Assembly: GCA_030141605.1 (NCBI GenBank)
Contig: JAQGDQ010000747.1
Span: forward strand, 1 to 64,000
Origin: Tubiluchus corallicola
Lineage: Eukaryota > Animalia > Priapulida
Length of the DNA: 64,000 nt
Direction of reading: 5' to 3'
Shown here: piece by piece, positions 12,201 to 24,052 of the stretch
Position numbering within the stretch: the stretch's first letter is position 1
How the letters are laid out: each line of letters begins with the position of its first letter
The notes under the pieces: generated by a model
The model's input: only the letters and a program-made list of their open reading frames with translations
What the model was told of the DNA's origin: nothing
Databases searched by the model: none
Program-made: the position numbers and the translations under genes

Positions 12201-15200
12201 CATTAATTTTTTTACTAATCACCATACGCTTCCAAGCTTTAAAGAATGCTAAGGCATAATAAAGCCTTTTCATAGTTCCAGCAATTGATGATGATCGTGA
12301 AAAGGTCAAAGGTTAACTGTACCAGACAACACATTTGTGTTCGCTTGACATTGCCTCGCAGCCCATGCTATTGTAAAAGAAATTAAGAAAAGGGACGAAT
12401 GCTAGCTATAGAACCTTGCCTAGTTCATTTTTTCTTGTTCCCAAGCAAGATCCTGCTAGTAAATCACTCTGCGCACAGACTAATGCATAATTAAGTAAAG
12501 TTACTGAACTGAAGCGGCGGACACCTTTGCTTTACCCATATGCTACGTGACGGTTGTAGTCAAAACGCGTTGCTGTGGTACACTTAACTTTTGACCTACA
12601 GCAACTGCGCGTGCACACAACGAAACTGCGAAAAGGCATATTTTTCTAAAATTCCGTGTGCGTTAACAAACTCAGTTTTAAAATTAAAATGAACTATTGT
12701 AATTAGTTCGTTAACTGTGATTTTCGACGTTTATTTAAAAAGATTATCATCTAGCTAGAATCAGTTAAATTTCGTCGGAGAATGTAACATCCGCTAAGTT
12801 TTGTGCACAGTTATCTGATTTTGAATTTATTTATCCTGTGCAAAAATATTTTTATTCGGTACAATCACAAAATTGGCGTCGGCAAAAAATCTTTTCGTTT
12901 CATTTGTCTGAAAGTAGCTTTGAAAAATACTGGCTTTGGCTTAGTTTTCAGAAAATCTTGAGAAAGCTAAAACCGTCCTCAGCTTTTTTCTTAAGGCTTT
13001 AAAACATTGTAAACATTGAAAGAGTTCTTAAAGTCGGCTTGCAAGTTCTTGTTAATATCAAGACTTTGGTTCCCTTCTAAAGTTTTGACAAAAATAGAGC
13101 TGTTTATAGATTAAGCTTAGTCTGTTCAGTTTCACGACACTGCTGAGGGTTAAATTTCTGGGTATGTATCCTACAGTAAAGGTTTATGTTAAATATAGGC
13201 ACTTTAGTGGCCGTAGGATCACTTTCACTTTAGTTCTCATATATCACCACATTGGCGTCATTGCACAGTTACACTGAAACTGTATTAACCAGTTTAGCGT
13301 TATGAACCAAACTATTATACCGATTGGGTCCATGCTTGCCGTGCTCATCATTCACACACTTTTTCATAACTTTAGATGACATCATGTGGCGAATTAAAAG
13401 TTACATCCGTCTTTACGTGCATCAGCTAGGGGCCTGGGGGAGCGCTGTAAGCTACCGCGGCGTGCAGGGGTCGTATTTCTTGCATTTTAGCATTTTTGAG
13501 GCAAATTTTGACAATAAAAAATATTGCTGGATGTTTAAATTGGCTAAAATTGGTAACTAGCACACAATATGTACTTTTATCTTGACTGACTACATATTAT
13601 TTTAGTTGCCCTGGAATATCTGTAGACTTACATACCAGTGCAATCACATTACGCTAGACCTTCTTGGTCATTATTAATACTAATTAAGTAAACTATAAAC
13701 TACATTTTCCGCCTTTTTGAGGTAGATATTTGTATGCCTATAAAGGTTTTACCAATTTAAAACTAGTTAGGCTTACATGCTTTGAAATTAAAATTAAAAG
13801 CTTGGCATTTTTAAGTTATTTGTATTTTCTTACTATTAAGGCCTAATTTGGCCTGTAGACTGCGGGCCCCAAAGCTAGGTGTGCCTAATGGATAATCCGC
13901 CACTGCCAGCGGATCTTGACTAATATGATGGCAATTTGATAATGATTTAGTTAGATAATAAATTTACTAGCAAATCCCCAAATAATCGTGTTATATTAAT
14001 GTCAAAGCATGGGCTTGTGATAACACAAGAGATTACTCTGTACTGCTGCTCAGTTTGACGGCTCACTTAAATACAATAACTTCAGTTATGCAGATGTGGA
14101 GCTGTAACCTTTTTACAATCCCAACTTCTGTACTAGCTTTTTAAAATGACTTCCGCGAGAAAAATGACCCGTGCTGGTTGAACTGCCACTAAGATCTGAT
14201 AATCATTGTTATCATATTTATTTAGTTTTAGCACTAGACCTCAAAAAGAACAAAACACAACACGGTGCAGACAGCAATTTTATGCGTTGGCTAGAGTTAT
14301 AGACGTATAAGTTTATAATACTGTAATAAGAAAAACCACTATTAGGAATTTCCCATGCGGTTCTTAAATGGAGGTAGTACCAGTAGTAAGTAGTAAATTC
14401 CGTTAATCCTGCCCAGCCATCATGTCATGATGAGTTTGTAAGCAGCTGGTTGTTAAGAGATTTATTATCAATCATGGATAAAGCTGGGGGAAGGTTCTTT
14501 GTGTGTGGGTCTGATTATGGCGTTTCGCCTGTTAAACATCTTTACAGTTCATGCCTTTTGACTATCGATTATGATTTTTCGTCGTTTTCGTCATGATCTT
14601 TATATAAAAGTTATCTTAACATTCAAACATATCGATAAGCTAGCTACTCGCAGTTTAAATTGAAAAACAATAACATTGCTGCACTTATTATATACATTTT
14701 TTTATTTTGTGTTTCAGTTTCCAGAAACTAGTCAGGAATAAACTACTTTGTTTTCCAAAGTGATAGTATTTTAGTAGTAGTACTACACCGTGTGGTAGTA
14801 ATCTCACTTCCCATCGATGCATGTTCTTAAAATACTCTGAGAGTAAAAATAATAATTCAAACACTTGAATAATAAATTGCATCTGTCACTGAAACTAAAA
14901 GAGCGAAAGGATCTGTTTTTCATACAGTTAAAACGTTTTCACTCAAAAGCTGCATAATAAATAATTAACAAAACGAGAAATGTTTCTTGATCCTCGTTTT
15001 TTCGTTTGCACTGTTTATTGGCCGGACCATGTGGTTTGCTTGTAGTCATCCCTGGAACAGCTGTGCTCCGGTGATGATAAAATTAGCGTTTCTCTTAAAC
15101 GAAAACAGTCTGACTGAGTTTTTGTATTTCTGACATTATGCTGAGATATAAAGTAAACATGGCATGACGCTTCTGTAATTACTAGCTACATGATAGTTCA

Positions 15201-16955
15201 TTAAAAAGTATTTAAGTACTTACTTGTTTAGATCAATGTGCTCGACTGCGCCATATACCTTAGGTTATCTGTCCCCTTACGGCTTACGCCTTGTCATTCA
15301 TATACTGGATGTAATTCAACTTATTTCAAGTCAGGAAGCAATTTAGCCTATAACAAGCCCGTTTTGTGCTACATACTAAGAGTCGACATGCAGTATTATA
15401 GAACCTATATTTATACGTTGATCTGTGTCGGAGAAAATGGCCCTTATACTCGGTCATAATAAGAATCTTCATAGCCTTATATATCGTGCTCTTCGTCATT
15501 ACAGCGTCTAACCTTTCCTGGTGAAATAAATTCTAACCTTTGAATACAACAGTAAGCAGATAAATTTCTCAACAAATTTTATGAGTCATCTGACAAGAAT
15601 GAACTATGGTAAAAGAACCTTGCACAGTTTAGTGATTTCGATTAGCCACTATAAGTACTGAGTTAAGAAACTCTATCGTTTCGGTAATTTTTGCAATGTC
15701 CTCAATGATGTGCAGTAATTTGAAAATTGCAAATTAATTACTAAATTATCATGCGGAAATCAATTGAAAGAATGTGCAGTAATTTTGGAACACTAGCTTT
15801 GCAGTACATGATCAATGTAAGAAAAGAAATGCTGTAATTTCACTCAAATTTGGTTTCAGTGTTTTGTTGTACTAATATTGGAATGTTGATTGTTGATATT
15901 GCAATAGCCCATACGAAACGGAGGCTATCATTATAATAATTTCAGTCTTTGGAAATTAGCTAGCTTGCTGATGCTGCATGCTTAGTATTGTGGACACCGC
16001 ATTGTAGTGTGTAAAATCTTCTAAAATATTTATCGTATGTCAAAGTCATACAGCGTGAAGTGGAGTTTACCAGACATCCGAAATGCGTTATCCACCTGCG
16101 GAATAGCTGCGTATAGAAAATCCATAGGAAATATCTGCGGAAAAAATAACGCATAACGCAGATCTGATAAACGGGTGCATTGAAAACAATATATTTTAGA
16201 TATTCCGCATCCGCAGAACGCGTACGCATTCCGGAAGTCTGGTATAGTCATGGCCATTTAAGCTTTATTACAGAAGCCTTTGCGCGCTTGGGACCTGTTT
16301 ACAAGCGGCTTCGACTGAAGAATATTCTAGATTTTTAAGATGAAATTTAAACTTGTTTTCCTCATCGAATGTGTAAATATATAGTTTATTACCTTCATTA
16401 TGTGGAACTAAATAGAAGTGAGTGCCCTCACCGTAACAGTCGCTTACAGTAAGTTTTAATTTGCTCGCAATATTTTTTTCAATTTTTGACAGAACACAAA
16501 TGTACGCAATGCACAGGACATTGAAGGTCAAAAAGTTTTATGGCGCGTTCAGACGTAGAATTTTCTCGCAATTTGTTGCACTGCTTCTCCCTGAGAGTAA
16601 ACTCGCGAATGTGAATGACTTGGCAACTTCTCTCGCAACTTATTGCAAACTCAGCGAGAGTTGCTGAGAGTTCATGCGCAAGTTGACACTCTCAGAGAGA
16701 AGTTGCGAGAGAACTCTCTAGACTGAACGCGCCATTAGAAACGTCATGCGAAGTTGAACACATAATGTAGTCAAAGAAGTTGATCATATGTTTAACTATC
16801 TTGTTTACCGCTCTTTTTCTACTATCTGCTTTATTTCTATTTGAGGCTTTACCTTAAATTACTAAGGACTATTCGTCCTAAATTACTCGGGGAGGGGATA
16901 TATAGATGCATTCGATATATGTCCATTTATTAGCGTCGCTTAACCCACATTATAT

Positions 16956-17008
<53 letters not shown>

Positions 17009-20000
17009 TGAAAGTAATCTGCGACTACTGTTGCTCACATGAGAACTATATTGAGGCCAGCCATCTTATAAGCATGTGTAACATTTACCAGTTTTATTAT
17101 CGTCGTGCCATATGGCTTCCGTTGAGTCGTCTGACTGGCAGATTGATGTCCAAGAGAGCCGCATCTATACCGGAAATGAATGGACGACGGAGGGGAAACG
17201 GAAGGAGAAGCACTTTGAACAGAAATGCTTCGTCTTTCTGATCGACGATTACGATCCCTGCGTGCATAAAAGCTACAGCAGCTAACTTATAAACGCAAAC
17301 ACGCGGCTGCGTTTCAACTTCCATGCATGACTTCATCCTTATTTACTGCAGAATCGCTCAAAAACAAACAGGTTACTGAGCATGGCATAGACGAAACATT
17401 AAGAAAAGTCTGTATACTTCAAGCTAATTCAAACCCCAGCATTCTTTTAACCCAAAGTGAGAAACTGGACTGTGCACAGATATGAAATGTCCAGGATGTA
17501 TTTTTATATTTTTGAAGTATTTGTAAAGGATTAAGAAATATGCCGATTCTTCTGTCACGTAAAAAACAAGGTCAGGTTTAATTATAATTAATTAGGCTTA
17601 CTCACTTGTAAATTACCAGCGGGATGTTTTCATACTGTAGGTGGGAATATCGTCATGGGAGCCTCAGTAAAACCCATACAATTCAACATTCAAATGTACA
17701 TGGCAAATGTGTTATCATTTAACCCCACAAAAACAAAATGTGTTATTTTCCTTTCCAGTAATAAAAAATTGCCCGATATATGTGATCTATATATTAATGG
17801 AGTAATTATTGAAAGAGAGACAACTATAACATTTTTAGGCGTGATGCTTCATGAAAATTTAGATTGGAGGTTCCATGTGGGTTATATAAGTTCAAAAATT
17901 GCAAAAAATACTGGCATCATCTCAATTATTAAGACTAAATTACATAAGTTTCACTGAATAACACTATATAACTTTCTACTACTGCCTTTTATAACTTAGT
18001 GTTCTATTCTGTGGGACAAAACATCCAACAAATTTAAACTACTTAAGCCAGACACCAGCGTAAGTTTTTGAGAATCACTTATAATTTAACTAAACGAGCC
18101 CCAGTTGAACTTATGCTTTTTTATAACTGTGAATTTTAAATTTAGATGATTTAGTTTCTTACGGCCTTTCTATCTATTTGTACAAAACACACCATAGTTT
18201 ATTACTCCCGCGTTCCGTAAATCCTGTTATACGTAATCGCAGCTATCACTTCACCAGATTTAATGAGTATAATATTCCATTTTGCAGGACCAATGTTGCA
18301 AGACACTTTGTAAGATTTGCAAAATTTATTTGTAAAAGAATAAAATATCAATTTATGTTACAACGCATCGAACAATATGCGACTTTAAATCTTCTACTCA
18401 AATTCTACTTATAATGCGTTTTTTTTTAGAGGGGGGTACCATGAACTGCGATAATTACAGTACAATCCCGCGACTGGTTACTTTACTGTTCATATTGTCA
18501 TACTTTTGCATCACGTCTCTGCTGAACGCCTCTCTGTTTCGTTTCTCTTCTCTTTTTCTCCATCTTTACTCCATTACTTTATCTTTACTATTTTCTGTTT
18601 TTCTATAATTCTTTCTTTTGTTAGCTAAGTAACTTTTTTCCACTTTTCGTGGTGGTTTCACAAGCTTTGCTTCTCGACCACCATACAGCATCTATTTTTG
18701 GTTGATAAACTATATATATATATGTAGTTTAGTAACTATATTAATATAGTAATTATAACTGGAATATTTTTCTCTAACTATGCTACATAATAGTATATTG
18801 ATGTAGTTCGGCTGCAATTATTGTAACTATATTTGATGTTTCCTTAGTTGTAATGCATAATAATTATAAGATGATAACGCATGTTGTAATGTAAAATTGT
18901 ATGCTGAGGCGGACCACAAATTACAAAAAAATACAATTAAATGGATTAATTAAGAAATTGCCACAAAATTGATCGAGCGCTGTAGGAACCCAAGACACAT
19001 CTTCCAAATCTATATATAAACACGGTTTTTGTCAAGTCGCGTTTCCTATTTCTTTGTTTATTAATAGGAAATTGACATATCAAATTGTCTAATTTCCCAT
19101 GCTGACAAGTAGCTGATTGTTGTTACATAACTTGTACTGTATTATCGGTCTGTTGCCTAAAATCAATTGAAAAACGCATACGATTGCCGCTTCGATGTAG
19201 CGTTAAATGTACACGGTATTTTATAATTTAACTTTAGCTTTTTATACTAAAGTACTAATAAGTCTTTGATGCCGCCTGAATTTCGTATCTCTCTAGTAGC
19301 ATTCTTTCTCAAACATTTTATAACGGAGTGGCCGCAGTGCTACTTATTAACAGTCAACAGATGTGAAGAAATCTGATATGATTTTCTAACTATAATCTCA
19401 GCATGCACTTCTACCGCCTCCCATAAACTGTGTCGATGAAGAAAGATATATGCTAAATGTTCTATATCTTGTGCTAGATTCTTTGGCACAGTTCGGTGTA
19501 TATGCTGTACATATAGTGTATAGTCCCTTTACTGTATGCCTTTTTCTGAGGAGTTTTATACGTACTGTCTTTTATAAACAACTTTAATTAATATAAATAT
19601 ATTTTACATATACAGTTTTATAAACGCACTTGAATGCATATACATAAATTAGTAAGCTTATAAAATTGAAATATGGCTTTTATCTCAAGTACTTCGCAGA
19701 GGAGATTTCTTTCCGTTTGCTGTAAGATTAATTAGGTAATAAAAATATATAGTTGTAATTTTAATTTCCTGCAATTTTTCAGTTAATAAAACAGGCGAGG
19801 ATACGTGTACAGTGCAACTAATAAAATATATTTTATCATAAAGACAAAAAACATTCATAAAACAATTAGTTTTTCTTTCAAATATGGGTCTATCTGTCTG
19901 TTTATCTGTGTTAGAACTACATTAATTTTGGCATCCAGGACTCCCTTACTGGCCTTCTTTTAAACAGTAACAAAATGTCTTCTAAACAATGACGAATAGA

Positions 20001-21526
20001 ACAACGACCGTTCTGAACAAGCAAAATTGGAAATAATGCTACTTTACAAAATAATTTGAACATTTTTATCCAAACAGACACTCTGAAAGCCATTGTTCAG
20101 CAGCGGACCATATTTAATGTAGAATTTTTGTAGATGGTTGCTGCAGAACTGAATCCTAGTTCATGATCAAGGCTAATTCTAAAACATGAAGTACTGAACC
20201 GGCAGAAGTTTCTTAACCATGTTCGGATGCCTGGCTGCCTCAATGAGGTAAATAGCCAGGGTGGTAAAACTTTTTAAAATCATCCAGTCAGAGTTTTCTT
20301 GGCAGTCACCCATCACTTTACTAACAACATTTGGCAATTGATTACTTTGATTACTAAACATATGTCATGACTACCCAGCTATTTACTCCTTGTCTTGAAA
20401 CAATGATTAATTTTTACGATTATGTAAATTTAAGAGCTGTTTTATTTCAATTACTTTTTATTTTTATTTATGCAGGCATGCTGATAGCTGCAGGCTGTGG
20501 TTTGTATCCCTATGGTTGGAACAGTAGAGAAGTGAAAGAAGCTTGTGGCTTGACGTCTGATGCTTACAAAATTGGTAACTAAATTTTTAACACCCTGTGG
20601 CTTCATTCTAATCGAGAACCCAAAATTGGCTGCGAAGCCTAATCTATAGTACTAGGTGATCCGGCTTAATTTGAAACTAGAGAATAGTTACAGCGCGTAA
20701 TTATAAAGGAAAGTCAGTCTTCAAAAACATAGTTACATTTTAGTTTTATCACGTAACAAGCCAAAATTTGGGCATCTTTGCACTAGAGTATAGAAACTTA
20801 GGAAAATCATGCATTGTCCAGCCCTTCGCTGCATCTTGACCCTTGACATGTTGATGAATTTCTTTACTTCATATTTCTTTCAAATTACGAGCACAAGATT
20901 TTGTGTTTTTGTGGTTGTTGCCACCTCAGCTTACTTTGAAAATATGGTGGTTCATTATGAGAAGGCAGGGCTACAAAGTAAGAGTAAGTTGTCAAATATA
21001 ACAAAACGAGCTTGGCTGTTGGGTTTTCCTCTTTTTCATGACTTGTAGTGAGGTGAGCTGAATTGTGTCAACTGAGTCCAGTTCATACGTCGCCCGAGAT
21101 ATAACATCAGGCAAAACACCCACAAAATGGACCATGTGCCCCAAAATAATGACAATTTGTAGGCTATTGCAGCAAGTTCACTTTCATCATATGCATGCTA
21201 ATAATTTTTTACAAGGAAAATCATTTGTGGTGTCAGTAAACTAGGTGTCAGGTCTATTTATAGCAGAATTATAACAAAGTATGTGAAACAAATTTTTTTG
21301 CCTGTAGGTAAATAAAACTTTGCCTGCTGGGGATTGGTTGTGAATGAAATGTTTTGCTAGATTCAATTAAATTTAATCTCAGTGGCTCGTCTTTTTTTCA
21401 GGTACTTGTTATATATCTTGGTCATATTACATGGTTGGAATAGGTGTCATACTTGCCTTCATATGTTTCTGTGTCTCATTCAAAGCAACAAAAGGAAAAT
21501 CTTCTGTTTATACGGCAAGGGTGTGA
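9286..21526 (+). CDS. LHFPL6: LHFPL tetraspan subfamily member 6 (LHFP) ortholog, 3 coding exons, 203 aa
   Basis: Coding exons 9286-9673, 20476-20574 and 21402-21526, with GT-AG phase-1 introns. Translation MMGTTLSGLGFFWAFVS...LPYWLHG...FGTFRRCNYP...[35 protein letters not shown]...GGGLQLLAGMLIAAGCGLYPYGWNSREVKEACG...IGTCYISWSYY...TARV* matches the LHFP hallmarks FGTFRRC.YP, EECGRY and YP.GW. Confidence 0.95.
13420..13905. mobile_element. Truncated GC-rich MITE-like relic; only one terminus recognisable
   Basis: GC-rich GGGGCCTGGGGGAGCGCTGTAAGCT core and a right end ...GGATAATCCGCCACTG (a CAGTGGCGGATT-type terminus). No matching left end found. Confidence 0.4.
16068..16244. mobile_element. 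Small MITE with ~21-bp terminal inverted repeats, TA-flanked (Tc1/mariner-like)
   Basis: Left end TACCAGACATCCGAAATGCGT; reverse complement of the right end TACCAGACTTCCGGAATGCGT (19/21 identical). Internal TGCGGA/TCCGCA motifs recur. Confidence 0.7.
16541..16734. mobile_element. PIF/Harbinger-type MITE (194 bp)
   Basis: TIR TGGCGCGTTCAG ... CTGAACGCGCCA, flanked by TTA on both sides (16538-16540, 16735-16737). A 3-bp TTA/TAA TSD is characteristic of PIF/Harbinger. Internal TCTCGCAA/TTGCGAGA inverted motifs. Confidence 0.85.
16958..17006. repeat. (CA)n microsatellite
   Basis: Uninterrupted CA run. Confidence 0.98.
17690..18710 (+). mobile_element. 5'-truncated, decayed non-LTR retrotransposon (L2/Crack/CR1 group): ORF2 C-terminus and 3' UTR
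   Basis: The ORF 17655-17957 translation NVLSFNPTKTKCVIF...TFLGVMLHENLDWRFHVGYISSKIAKNTGII resembles the post-RT region of LINE ORF2 (L.LN..KT...F / FLGV..D..L.W..H). It is followed by frameshifted remnants, a pyrimidine-rich tail and a 3' stem-loop (GTGGTGG...CCACCAT near 18650-18685). Confidence 0.8.
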
Positions 21527-22902
21527 TCAACTCAATGATGAATATAAAGAGTGCAGAAAGCTTGAGTGAAGCCTGTTGTGATGATACAAGACTAACTGTT
21601 GGTTTATGCACATAAGTATAAATAATGATATAGCCCTCATGAGGTATCTGATTGATTGATGGTCTTTTGTAATACTTCTTTTTACTAACCAATTTTCTTT
21701 TTTGAAAAATACGTACATGCATTGACAGACAACTAACACTGTTATAGTCTGCTGGAAAATTGTAACATCACATGAATTATAGATTTGTGTTTGTGTGAGA
21801 AATACATTTGAGGTAGTTGTTGTTTTAAATTGTGTTTTATATTGTCTTGTCCATCAAAGCTACGCAATTGGCAAATTACAGATAAATAACGAATAATGTG
21901 TAATTACTTTCTATATGTGTATCTCCAGAAACAATTTTTAGTGCCATTTTATGAGGTATCTTCTGCATGTAACTATATTTATTTATTATTGTTTGCCATT
22001 TTATACGAAATTTTGTTATAATTGCCAACGTATTGAGAAAGTGCTACTTTCTTGTAGGCTATTTCAAATTATGTTGTACATGTATTTAATATTATCGTGT
22101 TGTACAGAAATTACAAAATCATCACTTGTTAGTTTGTTGTGATGAATGTATATAGCTGAGAAAACTATGATGGGAACAAACTTTACAAATAAAAAACATT
22201 TTTCGTAATTGTGAGGTACTGAATCATTTACACGCATTTATTTATTAATTGGTTGTTTGAATGCTTGTTTATTTTTACAAGCAACATTACAAAATATTTT
22301 ATTGAAACCATAATTAAATGATTGCGTCTTTGGGGAGTTCCTGTTACATACTTGTAGAGTATGTCCACAGCCATGTCTTCAAGCACTGATTTTTTATTTT
22401 GTTAAAAGGTGGCACCACATTATGCAAAATGTACCACTCCAATCAACTTTCATGGCATCACCTGTACTGTATAGTGTATTGCTGCCTATGAATTGTATAC
22501 GTATAAAAAATGTTCATCATTTTGCAATTTGCAACTAGAGAGGGTTAATCAATGAACTGATGCACTGCTAAAGTATCTAGAAGACTAATAGACTGCTATT
22601 GTCCGAAAAATCGTAGTAAAATAAGACCACACCTGTTTGCAATTTCAGCCGCTAGATTGGGAGACTAGCAACGCTAGGTTATACCTACTGTGGCAAGGGT
22701 TTGAGGGTAATTCAGACAAAAATAATAAAAATGTGTGTTAAAAATTAATTTGATAAAAGTATAAAAAGCAGCACAATTTTTTGCAAAACGCTGCTTAGTT
22801 AAGCAGTCTGCGAAAAGATTGTTGTTGTTGTTTTTGTGTACTGTCATAAAAAACGAGCACAGTAATGGTGACTATATAGTATGGCCTCTCGGGTGCTATA
22901 AG

Positions 22903-23237
22903 TAGGGATGAGCATTCTCTACCAGAAATCGAATTCGAATCAGACCGAATTTCAGTATTTGGAATTCAAATCGAGTTTTAAAGATTTTCGAAGCCTCAGT
23001 AAAAACGGGTCTTACAAAAATCATGCATAGGTCCTATTACTCGATTTTTTCTGCAATAAAACCAATCCTAATTAGTTTAAAAATTGCACACAGTAATCGC
23101 TACTAAATTGTGCTAATTGCGCGATGATTGAAATCTTTTAATGACAAAAGAACGTATGTGTTGAAGTGCTGAATTACTCGAATCAATAATTTTAGGTTCA
23201 AATCGAATTCGATTCGAATGTTCAATGCTCACCCCTA
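22903..23237. mobile_element. hAT-like MITE (335 bp)
   Basis: TIR TAGGGATGAGCATT versus reverse complement of the right end TAGGGGTGAGCATT. The 8-bp flanks GCTATAAG (22895-22902) and GATATAAA (23238-23245) match 6/8. Subterminal TCGAAT/ATTCGA repeats. Confidence 0.75.
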
Positions 23238-24052
23238 GATATAAAACCGACCAAGTGTTTCAATTCTTTACAAATCAATGAACCCTACAAATGGCTCTTG
23301 GAGGCTGTACATGCAATACGCCGACTCACTTGACCTCAGATTAAAAAATGGATTTGTATTCTAGATGATTTAAACTGTACATTCATTTGTGGTCAATAAT
23401 ATCATTGATGTATTGAAATACAGCTTATGTGTACACTAAAATTCTCCACATTTTTATTGGAAAATATTTAAGAAAACCGCCACACAAACTCTGAAGCATA
23501 AAACACAATTCTTATACAATACAATTGAAAATTAGTTATAACTTATAATAATGTAATGATTAAGATCATTACAAAAGAATTTTACGTTTGAAAATACTAC
23601 AACAAATGATATACCTAAGTGAATGGTTTTAAAGCAGCAGCTCACTGCAGCGCTTACTTTCATACTATCACCTTCTATTATGCCCAAAATAAGAACAATT
23701 GTCCTATGGCTTAATACTTTTAGAGTTTTAGGAAACTACGATGCTAAACTGACTCATTTATTGCGATATTTCTGTCTCGTTAATTTCTAATTGTCTTTCT
23801 AACACTTCCTCTCCCGAATATTTTGCCATGCATGTTATAATTCTACAGCATTGTCATTTGAGATTTTATTTATAAAATTAATGATTTTTTTTTCATTTTT
23901 ATTTTGAAGCTAATACTGAAATAGGCCGAATTAAAGTTATTTTAAAATTATCTAATTGAATTATTCTGGGCCACAGTGTTTGACATTTATGATTTAGAGC
24001 TAACGTTGGCGGTGCCTAATAACAGAAGATATTTCGTTTATATCGAGTGACC

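Noticed and set aside
14428-14513. Possible intronic C/D snoRNA (ATGATGA ... CTGA, 86 nt)
   Set aside because: No terminal stem adjacent to the boxes and no rRNA-complementary guide that I recognise; such box pairs arise by chance in AT-rich DNA.
21808-21830. let-7-like sequence TGAGGTAGTTGTTGT
   Set aside because: Matches only the 5' part, has no complementary hairpin arm nearby, and lies in the sense LHFPL6 3' UTR.
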